Below, piece after piece: positions 22,009 through 34,683 of a stretch of 64,000 nucleotides of DNA. The notes below the pieces were generated by a model. The model was given only the letters and a program-made list of their open reading frames with translations, had not been told where the DNA came from and made no database searches. The first letter of the stretch is position 1. Every line of letters starts with the position of its first letter. A program made the translations under genes and the position numbers. This stretch comes from Marsupella aquatica (taxonomy: Eukaryota > Plantae > Marchantiophyta): contig OZ316894.1 in NCBI GenBank assembly GCA_973895155.1, positions 22,787,867-22,851,866 on the forward strand. Reading direction: 5' to 3'.

Positions 22009-25000
22009 CCGATTGCCACTGGCAACATGTAAGGTACCAGGGTCCCGGTAAATGCCCATCAAAATATGGTCATATATAAAGTAATGCGTCCCCTGATTGC
22101 ACATCAAAATATGACATATAGTGAATATTACATTACTCCATACCATGATAAATCTCATTTTATTCTTTAAATAAATGAGTGCACAATGTATGTTATCATA
22201 TTTTGATGTGTAATTATCGCAGGGATATATAAAGGGAAAGGGTTGAAGACTTTCAGTATTCACATTCCATTCGTTCTTCTCTTCCATGGTGCCATTTTGT
22301 TTCCCTATTCTGGAAAAAGTATACTGTTAATGGCAAAACCTGGTGGATCCAGGTTTTTTCATGGCTAGTATTTGTCTAACACAAATAGGCACTCAACCTG
22401 ACTCATGCCGCCATATCATAGAGTGAGAGAGCCTAGCCTGGAGCCCCTCATGTACTGGAGAAGTATACAAGGCAAGGGCCATACACTTTCTGGCCCTTGC
22501 AGATCCAGACCTCAAACTGCAAAATTAAACCAAAGCTCAAATGCAACATTTTGTTGAGAGGAGTGACACTTGCTGCAATGCCCTGTATAATCTTTAGTTG
22601 CAAAACACTATCACGCCAACATTTACATAGCTTTTCTAAACAAGTGCAATCTGCCTTTCACCAGCATCTTTAGGAGTGATAAGGGCCGGAAATTCGAGGG
22701 TTCTAAGGGTTCTCTCAGTTGTTAAGAGCCTTTTCTTTTAAGGCCCTTAACATTCCTCTAGCTAGGGGATAACGTAATTTAGATTATTGACATGATTTGT
22801 CATTCTATTATTTGTGAATTTTCTCTTGTTCTATTCTATTTTCAAGGTTACTGCCCTTGCCCTTGGTCATCCATCACATGTGTCATCAGGTCTGCCTAAG
22901 GAGGAAAATTGAGGAGGAAAGTCTCACTCACTGTATGAATGTCACTCATTCAGTTGAGGGCCGCAAACTCAAGGGCCACCCACATGCAAGACTACCGTAA
23001 GGGTGAACTCTTAACATTTTTACATTTCAAAAATATAGCTCAATTTGTTAAGTAATTTCTCAGATTCTAGTTTTTTTTAAAGCAATGACAATGAAAACTA
23101 GGTGTTTTTGTAGACTATAGATTGTAAATATTTTCATAAGTTCCACAAAAAGTAAGTACCATTTTTTCTCATGGACTCAAATTCTCTATAATTATAAAGC
23201 GCAAATGAAACCTAGGGGAAGTGTTATTGGTTTTTCACAAGCAAAGGACCTAATTGTTTAATTTCATGGAATCAATTTTCAATAATTCTTTACGGTAGTG
23301 TACTACACCAGGCCAGGTGGTACTGTACAGTTGTGCATGACAATGTATAAATAAAGCTTTGGAAGGTAAGCTTGTTGGGAAGGGTTATTGTGAAGTGACT
23401 TTGGGACCACACCTCACATGGGGGATAGAGTTAGTTGACAAACCTATCAATAAAGCGCAAACGAACCCTAGGGCAAGGGTTATTGAGCTAAGTTTGTAGG
23501 CACTGACTTTGGGATCACACTAACATTGGGGATAGATGGTACCCACCATCTGCTAACTAACGACTCCAAAATACACTATATTATTACATATATATACTAC
23601 TACATTTTTGTGAGCAGGCCAGTTCTACTCCATTGCTGTTTTGTTTTTTATTAGAAAAATGTTAAACCATTTTCTCTAATAGTATTGGAGAACATTAAAT
23701 GTTTCATGCAAGAGAAAAAAACACAGAAATGTACCTCATATGAAGTGCGATAAAAACAAATAAAAAGATGGGGGTGGAAGGTACAGGAAGGATGCTACAG
23801 ATCATTATGTTGTTGTTTCACGAGGTAATGTGGTACATATTGATATAAATAATGTAGTATACAATAGTTGTTTTGTGTTGACCAGAGGAGACGAGGCACT
23901 GCTCACTTAAATCCCAATAAAGTTTAAGTTCTCTCCATGACTCTGAATGATCATGCTAACTATTTAGCAGAGTGGTAGAAGGGAGCAGCAGTGCTGGAAG
24001 GTCAAGGGTTTGAAACTAGTTGAGTATCCTTTTCAGGAGCCTTGCAACTGAGACTCTAGAATGTGGGGTACTCATGCAACCTGGAAGACATGTACATGTT
24101 CTTGCAAAACAAAAGTAAAGAACAAAAAGCAAGTTGACCGGGGTTCCATCTATATTAAAAATTAAAAAACCCAAAGAATAGGCTCTGCTGAAGCTAATTA
24201 AAAACTAAATACTCACCTCTGAAAGGTAGCTCCCCTCAGGTGGATTGTGCCATAAGTGGAGGTCAAAAATATGTGATTGAAGTCTTCCTACTTTGTACAA
24301 TGAATTCTCATAAGTAGAGACAGGCATGAGGAGTCGAGTCGGGGTACAGGGAGAGCCTTTCCTATACATACTCAAAGGATATTTGAGCTAGTATTTATCA
24401 CTGCTAGACTTCTAGTTGGCACGTATCACTACGACACTACCAGACATGTAGTTAGCACATGGACTGATAAGAATTTCATTAGCATCACGAATATCATTTT
24501 TCTAGTTTCGGGAAAGGTATGTGAGTGATGAGACTTCACTCCTTCCTAGGACGTATTTCTTTCTTCAAGACTGTACTATCCATGTGAGCTATTGGATTGA
24601 TATAGATTTCAGGAGAACCATTAGATCTGGTGTTTTGATATGAGCAATTAGATTTCTCTAGGTCTATAGTGGACCATTAGATTTCAGAAACCCTCTTAGT
24701 TTAATAAAGATTTGGCTTGCGAAAAGGATAAATTTCATTAATTTTCTTTGTACTAAGTCACTGCCCCTGTCACCACAGCATTTTCTAGGTAAGATCGGAC
24801 TTATATGAGTCTAGGAAAATGGCTGATCACGTGTATTAGTCATGCCTCCACACTGCAGTCCCCCTATCCCAATGGTGGGTGAAGACCTGTCCAACAAAGT
24901 GTGTCAAAACCTTGTGATGGCAGGGCCCTATGGAGCTCCTTTGAAGCTGCTTTTTGTAAGCTTTCTCTTCCTCATAGCACAACATACAAGCAAGGTATCC

Positions 25001-28000
25001 ATAACAAAAAGTATCAAGCTAGGTCTGACTTGCTAGAAAAAATAGGGTGGCACTTCGGGTCTCTAGCCGTACTGTGCCTGTAACCCACCAGTCTGTGCTA
25101 TTGACAAATTATTGTATGAGATATACACAAATACCATTTATTAATGATTATATTGTGTCACGGCTGGCCATGTCCTTGTGACCATGGACTCCATTGGACA
25201 ACGATGGTGGCAGCCAACTACTATGCAAGGATGATCGGTGCAGTCTAACTTATTGACCACGGTAAACTGAAGGGTTAAGACTCCTTGTGACCATGCGATG
25301 CAACTCCCGCTCAAAAATTCCCAGCAATATGATATGCTCTTTCATATGCCCAATTATATTATATACGTAGAAATAAGCAATGGAGGTCACCCTTTGTACC
25401 GTATGTGGGCCCTGGCAAGCTTTTTAGTTTGTTTCTTACTGGAGTTTTAGTGCTTTTGCCCTTGCTGGGATTCTCCTACTTTTTGGCTCTTAGAGTTTCT
25501 TAGGTGTTTCTTCTGTTTTCTCCCCTTTCTTGGGCGGCCTTTCAGATCTTGTCTTGAGGTTTGTGTCTATCTGTTCTATGAAATTTTTATTTACACACTT
25601 TGAATGGGAATTTGAAACCCCCATTGACCACAAGGTTTGTCTCTAAAACCTCCATGGACTACATTTTCTAAAATCTGAGCTTATTTTAATAACTTGATAT
25701 TTATAAATTCCAATATTTTTTAGTGTTGGGGATACGCTGGAGGAGTAGCTACACTTCCATCAAAGTGACAGTAAAATTTTGGCTGCTTGGTTGGGTTTCT
25801 CATCGTAGATGCGAAAGGGTAAATTCTATGATATTATTTTCCCCGTGTTAACATGAATATTTGGGCTTGTGTGTTTATGTCTCCTCTTCTCTAGTTGCCT
25901 TGCAGGTGCAACACAATGAGTTAGTTTAGAACTCCTAACCACCAAGTTATTGGCCCCAAATTCCAATGGACCACATTTTGGAATTTGAAGCCACAATGGA
26001 CTACCATGTTGGACACAGTGTACTCTATTATTCTCTTATTATTTTTGGACTTTTGCCCTCTATTATATTATTCCCTTATTATTCTGGGACTGTGCCTTCC
26101 CTTCCAAGCCCTCTATAGTTTAGGAGGAAGTAGAGCCTTGATACAAGCGCCTCAATTGGCCGTTGAAATAATTGTGATTGAAAGTCATAAAATGCAATTA
26201 AATTATAGAAATAAAAACCATACACCACCCCAACCTCACACATAGCGAGCTAGGAACAAGTGATCAAGTTATGGACCCAACTCCCATGAACCACATTTTG
26301 GTGGTCTACACGAGTACACTATCCAACATAGAGGTCCATCCTGGCTTCACTTTGGGAACATGTGATTTCATTACTTCAGTTTGAAAGTCTACTTTCATTA
26401 TCCTCTTATTATTGTTCTCATCAAACGTGTAAGCCACAGCGTCTCCAACACTTTAGTGAGGAATTTCACAGGCAATAGCGCAACAAGACTTCCCTGGACC
26501 AAAGCTACTTAGACGTTGCCACCTGTCCATGCCTCTGGATTCCCGTGAATCGTGCGGTCGTCGAGTCTCCACTGACGGATGAGGGGGACGATGGACCGGG
26601 GTGTCAGAGTCAGACGATGGCCACTTTTAAAGCATGTCGGACTCTGGTGCAGCATGACAGTCATGCGTGGGCTTACTTCAGGCGTACACAAACATCCATT
26701 GGCTGTACGATGATTGATGAATTGGTCCATGGACGAACCGACCAACGGGGCCAATAGGGGTCTCAATAGGGGTCTCAATAGGGGTCGGTCTCAATAGGGG
26801 TCTCAAAGCGTTAGTTATGGTCAAGGACAAAAACAGTTATAACTTACCTACAGTAATTCACAGCGGGTCTCAACATTGTGGAGTAGCAGGTCTCAATAGG
26901 GGTCTCAATACTTCAATAGGGGTCTCAAAGCCTTAACTTAGGTTAAAGGACAAAGATCGTTATAATATTACCTAATTCCTACATTGAGACCCCTAGTGAG
27001 ACCCCTATTGTGAATTAGGTAATATGTAACATTGTTGTGTGGAGTAGCAGGTCTCAATAGGTGTCTCAAAGCCTTAACGTAGTTTAAGCACAAAAAATAG
27101 TTATACCTAATTGGTAGTCCATAACTTTATGCCATAAAATGTGGTCATATGTCATGAGACTGGTGAAAAATATCAAATTTGTTTTTCACATAATTCCATG
27201 AAAAAGTCGTGGTCATGTGCTTATGACCAAAAGTCATTATCTGTAACTTTGAAGTTTAAAACGCCCTAATAATATTGTGGAGGGCACTTTTCCCACTGGC
27301 ATGCAGAAATGTCCGTGAATGGGACAACTGTACTCAATCTTGGGCACACAATTTTGAGACTATATGCACTTGATGTTTGATGGACTTTGCTCTTGCCAAG
27401 ATGGCACTAAGCAACAACACATGAACATGCCGCCTCCCACTTCCTACACAACAATGGTCATGACACTATAGGGAAATCCTGCGGGCAGCTGGTGCGGATC
27501 ACCCTTGTGGGTGCCCATCCCATGTTTGCCTGGGGCTGTGAATGAGGTGTCACTGGGCCGTTGCAAAAATTGAGACCCCCAGTAGTAAAGTTACTCATTG
27601 TTCTAATATGCTCTTTCTCCTCCCTCCTGCATTCATGTAATAGGTTAGGGGCTTTTCTTGATTTGAGGGACTCTAGAAAAAATCTTTGTTGTGAGCCTAG
27701 TAGTGCTCTTTACTTGCAAGCTTTACTACCCTTTTCATTTTATTGGTCAATAGGGCTTTAATTATTTTGTTATAGGAGAGGACTCTTAGGTTGTTTGGTC
27801 TTCCTGGGTTTGTCCCTTGTTTTCTCCTCTTTGTTAGATCATCTGCCTTTGGGATCTTGTCCCCCAATTGGGCACAATTTGTTCTTGGCACTGTGTTATA
27901 TGCATAAACTAAGCTTTTCAGTTCACTAAGCTTCCCACTTGAATGTTCAATAGGGCTTTAGTTCGTTTGCTTTTGTAGGGGTCGCTAAGGCTTTTTGGCT

Positions 28001-29075
28001 AGGGCGGTAGTTCTTAGGGGACTCTAAGGACTTTTGGCTAGGGCTTTAATTTTTCTGTCTTTGTAGGCACTCTCATGCTTTTTGGCCATCCTGGTTTGCT
28101 TTTGTTTTTGGGTCTCGAGAGGGATTCTTCGTTGTTCTTTCTACCGTAGGCTTTGCGTTCGTGGATTCGTTTAGGTCCCTTTAATACTAATGCTCTTTTT
28201 GGTCATTCTTGCTGCTCGGCTTCCTTCCAAACTTCGAATTGAGTTCACTGCTTTTCAAGAACCAATTGAATGAATTTGCCAAGTCATGAACTCCAAAACA
28301 CTCATGATTCTGAGGTATTCTTATTCATCAGTCTTTTCAAATGGAGTTCTTCTTCCTTCTACTTCATGCTGTCGTTTTTTGGTCTCGAAAGGACCTTTTG
28401 AGCGTTCTCTTCAAAGTACATAGTAGCCTTTGCGTTCGTAGAGTGAAGTCATGGACACCAAAACACTCATTCGTCTGATGCGTTCTTCTTCATCCGTCGT
28501 TGTTTTTTTGGTCTAGAAAGGAATTCTCCATCGTACTTTTCAAAGTATACAGTGGCCTTTGCGTTCGTGGATTCTTCTTTTGAGTTTGTGTCTCTGAACC
28601 TCTTAGCTTTCTTTCGTTTCTTGCCTTGGAATCGAAAGGAGACCCATGGAATAGACCCATCGAATAGAGGATAGACCACTTTTGCTTTCTCACTCCATTG
28701 TACTTTTTTTTCGCCCTTTTTTGTAAATCGGTACTTTTTCTCTCTCTAGTCCTGTTGCTCTTTTTCGTCCTTGCTACGCGTATTGGCTTACTTTCAACTC
28801 CGCGACGTGCTTTTGAATAACCAATTTAATGAATTTGCAAACCTGTATGAAGATGAGAATCGTTCACCTGTTTGGTCCACTATGATCCAGCTCTTTGCTG
28901 CTTCCGAGACTCCTCTGGACCTCGATTAGATCGCCCAGCTCCAAAATATTCCAAAAGCTGCACCAAATCACCCTCTTAATGAGAGAAAGATCTAAAGAAC
29001 ATGAACACTCTGTCATAGCCCCCCAATGAAGTTATCGATTGCACCGTCTAGTCACCGCCCAATCTCAATTCTTTC

Positions 29076-30098
29076 TTTTTTGCCTCGAAAAAAACTAAAA
29101 GAATTCAATTCAATCAGTCAGCATACAGAGGGGCGGAGTCCCAGAAAGGAGCGTCAACCCAGGTGGACCGAAGGTCAAAAGTGCCGGGACCCCGGTGAAG
29201 CCGGGACCAGGTAAGAAGCAGGCCAAAGAAAGGCCACCCAAACAAGCTATTTGGAGTCTACACAGGAGCAGCACACTCCCAAAGACCGGCCAGTGATGAA
29301 GGACCGGCGGGGTCCCAAACAGTGGTTCCGTGATAAGAAAGAATCTATCAGTCTAAAGTAGTACAGCCTCTAAACCTGCAGACCAGAGGACATCATGGTG
29401 GCCGTGGTGGGACTGGTTGGACTTGGAGAATCTCTTCGTGAATTTGCCAGAGTCCATTCCAAGAACCATAATCCATTGCCAACTCATGCAGAGCTTCCCC
29501 GTGATTGATCTTCCCATTTTGAATCTTGGTTCTAAGCTGTTCCAGTCACGTCTGAGGTAGGTGCTAAGTCTATGCCATGCTTTCCTAATTACTCCGTGAG
29601 GATTGGGCCGAGTGTGCTCAATAAAATGTAAACATCGTTCCTTCCAGATGGACCAGCAGATGATGGCCCGAGAAACTTGCCATAGCTTCCCCGGAACGTC
29701 CCATTCGTCTGGTAGTTCATCCCCAACAAAGATATGAGCGGGTTGTAGATGTATCCGATACCCCTGAGTGAAGGTGCTTTGTTGAAGGATGGATTGTAAC
29801 CACGTCCAGACTATCTGTGACATGCTGCAATCCCAGATGCAATGAACGATGTCCTCATGCTTGTTCAATCCGCACCTAGTGCACCATGTAATCGGGTCGC
29901 CCGGTGGTAAACGTGGGAAACGCCAATGCTGTGTGGCCGGAATTCGATAAATTAATTGCCACAAATAACAATTTTCTCGAGCGGCGCGGAAGTTGAGCCA
30001 GGTATGAGACCAGAGTTGGCGTGGATTGGGGGTCCAATTCAGTCGAAGCGCCCACTTATGTATTGCCTTATGTAGGAATCCCGGGGCCCGACCTTGAT
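29076..30098 (-). mobile_element. 5'-truncated L1-like LINE (zf-RVT region and 3' UTR)
   Basis: ORF 29353-29964 contains WQLIYRIPAT...CTRCG...EDIVHCIWDC...VW. A 16-bp TSD caatctcaattctttc lies at 29060-29075 and 30099-30114, with a short T-run (A tail) at the 3' end. Confidence 0.85.
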
Positions 30099-32909
30099 CA
30101 ATCTCAATTCTTTCAGTGAGGAAATTCAGGGCCCAATCAAATCAAAAGAGCGGAGAACAGAAAGCGGAGAACAGAAAGCGAAGAAGAGAAGGAAGGAAGC
30201 GCGGGAACGGGAACGGGAGCGGACGTAGGACGAGGTCAACCCACAGTCAAAAAGAAAAAGACAGTCAACAAGGCCAGAAGCTGCAAATTATGGGAGGGAA
30301 TTGAATTGAAGACCGACATAAATTGAGGAATCAATCACGAGTCAATTGTTGGTAAATTCAGCGTCTTCTCAAACATCCATCAGACCACTTCAATTCTGGC
30401 TTAGACTGAAAACGAATTCTAGCCCAGAATCAGTAATTGACTCGTTATTGATTTGCTTTGTGTTGATTGAAAGACAAAATGTAGGCCGGAATCACGAAGA
30501 TCTAACTGAGTACAACCAAGGCCGTGTCTCTTCCTCAATCTGTCCTTCTCCAAATTGTTCGGACTAATTAGAAGAAGCTTCTGAATGAACAATAATCGAA
30601 ACAACAGATTACGCTTCAAACCTTCAGCAATCTGCCAGCTACGTTGTAAACCGGCAGCAACTCGTTGCAAATAGTGGTGCATCCGCAGTGAGAGAGACGA
30701 TCTCCGGCCGCCTCCGAATTGATGCAGAGATGAGCTGATTGAAGAGAGCAAAGCTGATACAGAACGAAGCGCCGACAAAGCACAGACTCAGCAAATTGTA
30801 CAGGACAGGCTACTGTATAATATACAGTAATTATTGGCGTTCCTTTTACAGTCATGATGATTTGCAGCGGGGAAAAATGGATTTGAGTCTCCCATGGACC
30901 ACAGAGTTAGTCTTTGAAACCCCCATGGATCACATTTCCCAGAACCGCACTTCCTAGAATTTGCGTTTAATTTTAATAACTTATATTCATACATTTAAAC
31001 ATTTTATAGTTTTGGGGATGTGCTAGAAGAAAAGGTAAATTACACTTCCATCAAAGTGACCATGAATGTTTGCGTGGATGAGTAGTTGATGTATTGGGGG
31101 AAGGATAATTTCCACTGGAGTAATTTTCTTTGTGTTAATATGAAATAATTGGGTTCGTCTTTTCTAGTCTCCTCATTCCCTAGTTGCTAGGAATAATCTT
31201 TAATGTAGCTAATGCCACGTTCGATGCAAGAGATTATGCTAAGAATTAAGATTTTCTTGCATTGCTTTCTGACTTGGAGATTTCACTAGTTTTGGATGGA
31301 TATTAAATCTTGGCTAGTAAAGTCTATGGCTAGGTGGAAAACTGGTGAATGGGAACAGAAACAGGAAAACCTGGTGAATATTATATATTGCACTAGCCCA
31401 ACTACCAGTTCTTTGAACATGAATAGAGATGAGGGTAAAAAAGTGTAGACCCTCAATGACACCAGCTGACCAAAGCTTCTTCAAATTCTAGAAGAAGAGC
31501 TGGCGGTTTCACCATAGCCCTCAACCATCTATCACACAACAGAACTCTTCACATGCGGCCCCTACTCCATGGACTCCCTTCACAGCCGGCCCTTACTCCA
31601 CCCCATTCCTATTTTTCACCCCCACCTCTAATTGGATTATTGTCCCCTAAGTCATTGAACATAAATAGAGAGCAAGACAATAAAGAATAGTGCAATAAAA
31701 ATGATTATATAATACTATTTCTGGTTCACTTTTGTCAATCTCTGTTTTTTGTTTTGTCCTTATTGAGACTTATGGTCTATAGTCTTCACTCTACAGAGTA
31801 ATCCTCAAAAGTAGCTTTGCATTGCACTTGATTAGTAAGATGTGGCTAGGTGTAAAACTGGTGAACATTTGGAAAACAGGAAGAGAAAACCTGGACGGTG
31901 AATATTATATATCAGAGTGCAAAGTAAAACCAGAAAGCGGGAGAGAGGGTTCTTACCAACAGTGACTAAACCTTTCTATGGAGGTCAAAACTACCAACTA
32001 GCAAGTTTTTGCCATTAAAAAAGGTTATTCTAGCATACATCTTGACATAATGATTTTTTTCTGAATCTCTTTTGTGGGGGAGTGGAATTGGCGACTATCT
32101 CAAGGATCAAGGAAGGAAAATAAGTAGGACCAACTTCAAGAAATTCATACATTTATGTATAGCCAATTTTCTCTAATCTTACAGACATCCATTTGATTGT
32201 CAAGGATGGGGCCTATAGAATTTAGAGTAAATTTGACTTACTTTTCTCTCCAAAATTTCTTTTGTAGTGTTGGCCCGTCCATGAAGTTGGGATGAACCCC
32301 AATGTGTAACTATGCAATTCAGATGGACCTACAATTGTTTTACTGGCAATAGCTTATTTTGCAAGGTAATTCCGTTTCCACCAGAGTGTGACATAGAGGA
32401 TTCTAATAAGATTCTTTATCTGATTTTAGTACTTATTTCTAAGGGTTAGATCTTCTTAAACCTTCAGATTCTGGAGAATAGGTTATTGCTAGGTGAGAAA
32501 CTGGCTAATGAAGACAAAAGACACCTAACAATTCTAGCTAAAAGTGTGGAATATTTTTGTGGGTGTAAGGGTGGTTTACAAGAACTTGGGGGCAGCCCTT
32601 CCTTTTTTTTAATGTGTGAGATGCAATCCACACTTCACTTCTAAATTTGGGGGCATGATCAAGCAAAACCATTACCCAACTTAGTCATCGATCCCCATTT
32701 TTTCTGGGCTCATGTGTACATATTTTTTTGTCAAACACTTATTACACCTCCTCTTGAGTTTATCTAAAAGATGGAGGAAGGGCAACTTCTTTTCATGGAT
32801 TTCATTTATTACCATTAAACAAAACCTGACACATTCTGGCCCAAACATTTTAACTTTAGTGTATGGAAGTCCCCCCACTCTAATGTAAAAACCCCCCTAA
32901 TACGACAAA

Positions 32910-33200
32910 CTAGTTCAATACCTGTGCGTTGCACGATAGATGTCCTTAAGGAAAAATATGTCGTGTTGCCCAAGATTCGTTAGGAAAAAAATTCATTTTG
33001 CCAAAGACGTTGTTATGTAAAAGATGTTGTTATGTGAAAGTTGTTGTTATAAGAAAGATGTAGTCAAGTAAAAAGATGTCATTAACAAAAAAAAGTTTAT
33101 TTTGCCAAAGAAATCGTTATATGGAAAATGTAATCAAGTAAAACTATTTCATCATTCAAGTAAAAAGATGTAGTTAAGAAAAAAAAGTTATTTCAATAAG
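32910..33200 (-). mobile_element. Helitron 3'-end fragment
   Basis: Minus strand reads cgtgcaacgcacagg-tattgaaCTAG|T, followed by the same degenerate aaagatgt.gtt repeats as the 38487 Helitron. The 5' end was not found. Confidence 0.6.
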
Positions 33201-34683
33201 GTATCCATTCAGATTCTTTCCTTTCAAACCTTAACTTCCCCCTCTTTTCACTATTTTTGGTCTCCTCTTTTTCTCATTTACCCTCCTTCCCCTTGCTCCT
33301 CCCCCCACCCACCCATCCAAGGCTAGAGCCCTTCGAGGCACTGCCCTACATAGCAAGTGTGCCCTCGCCCAACTGCTTGCCATCAATATATGCCCATGCC
33401 ATGATCTTTACTATGTATTTGGGCCTTATTGCTTTAGTTTTTTTTGGCACTGAAAATGACACAAAATATGAATGTATAAAATCACCCCAATAGTATCTCT
33501 AATTTGACTCTTAACAATTTACAGTGAGCTATGTAGTATCACTCTAGTGAGTATGTATGTACACCCTATTGAGTATACACAGTATTTCCTTACATGGACC
33601 ATGGAAGGAGTATCTTTCTCGATCCTCGTGTATAGTGTTATCGTGTTTATTGTTTGTTTATCGCATAAAAGTTACACCAAAGTTTATATACCAGGTAAAT
33701 AACAAAGTTTGTTTATCCCATTTGATTTCCTCTTGTTTGGATAATCGTGTGACTTTTTTTCATTCACACTCCAGTAAATTCACTTTTTGGCTTTATTCTT
33801 TACCAGATTTCTCAGGTTTTGTGTCCTGCAAATTTGAATGAAAATCAGAGTACATATTGGCACACCATGTTACTATAAATTTAATTTAACACCAGCCATG
33901 ACATGACTGTGGCTGCTGCTCACGTGAGCCCTACCAACTTTATCTGTGGCTTTTGGTGCTAAAACAGAGGGAAGCTTCGTGGACAGCCTTGGAGAAGCGT
34001 CCCTCTCTTTATTCATGCTTACAATCTACGACAATTGCAATCAGGCACAATCTGGTGAAAAGCCCAACTAAGGGAGGCCGACCCATCCATTGCCGAGCCT
34101 GGAAAATTGCTTTGTAGATGCCAAAAGCCCTTCGCTAGTGATCTAAAGATTTTCTGTCGTGGTAGATGAGGGTGATGAAATGCATGATGTCCGCGTCAGC
34201 TCATTGGGGTTTTAGAGCTGAGATCGATGGCTCTCGGCATAGACAAGTGTTGACAGATTTTAAAAAGATTTCTCGCCGGATTCTAGTGAGGGTTCGTTCA
34301 TCCGGTCCTGCTTTTGATCAGTGGCTCACGCCAGTGACAAGGTGCGGACGCGTATCTTGAGGATGTTTTTAAATTGATTGCATGGCTTCTCTCACACAGC
34401 TATATAAATTCTTGCACATGAACTCTAATCTGCATCCCACTCCCTCTGTCCTGAGGCTGATCCAGTGCGTCTTAAACATCCCCTCCGATACAGTGCATTT
34501 TATTCAACGTCGTTTAGTGGTCGTCTGCTCAAAATCTCATCATCATTCTGTTCACACTCCATTTGCCAAGTCTCTGTTGTCGTCCCACCTCAGTTACTGC
34601 CTAGTTTGAGCTAGAGACTGTAGCTCGGCTCAGTCGAGTACATCAGCTACAGTACAGTACTGATATAGAGTGGAGGCAGCATC

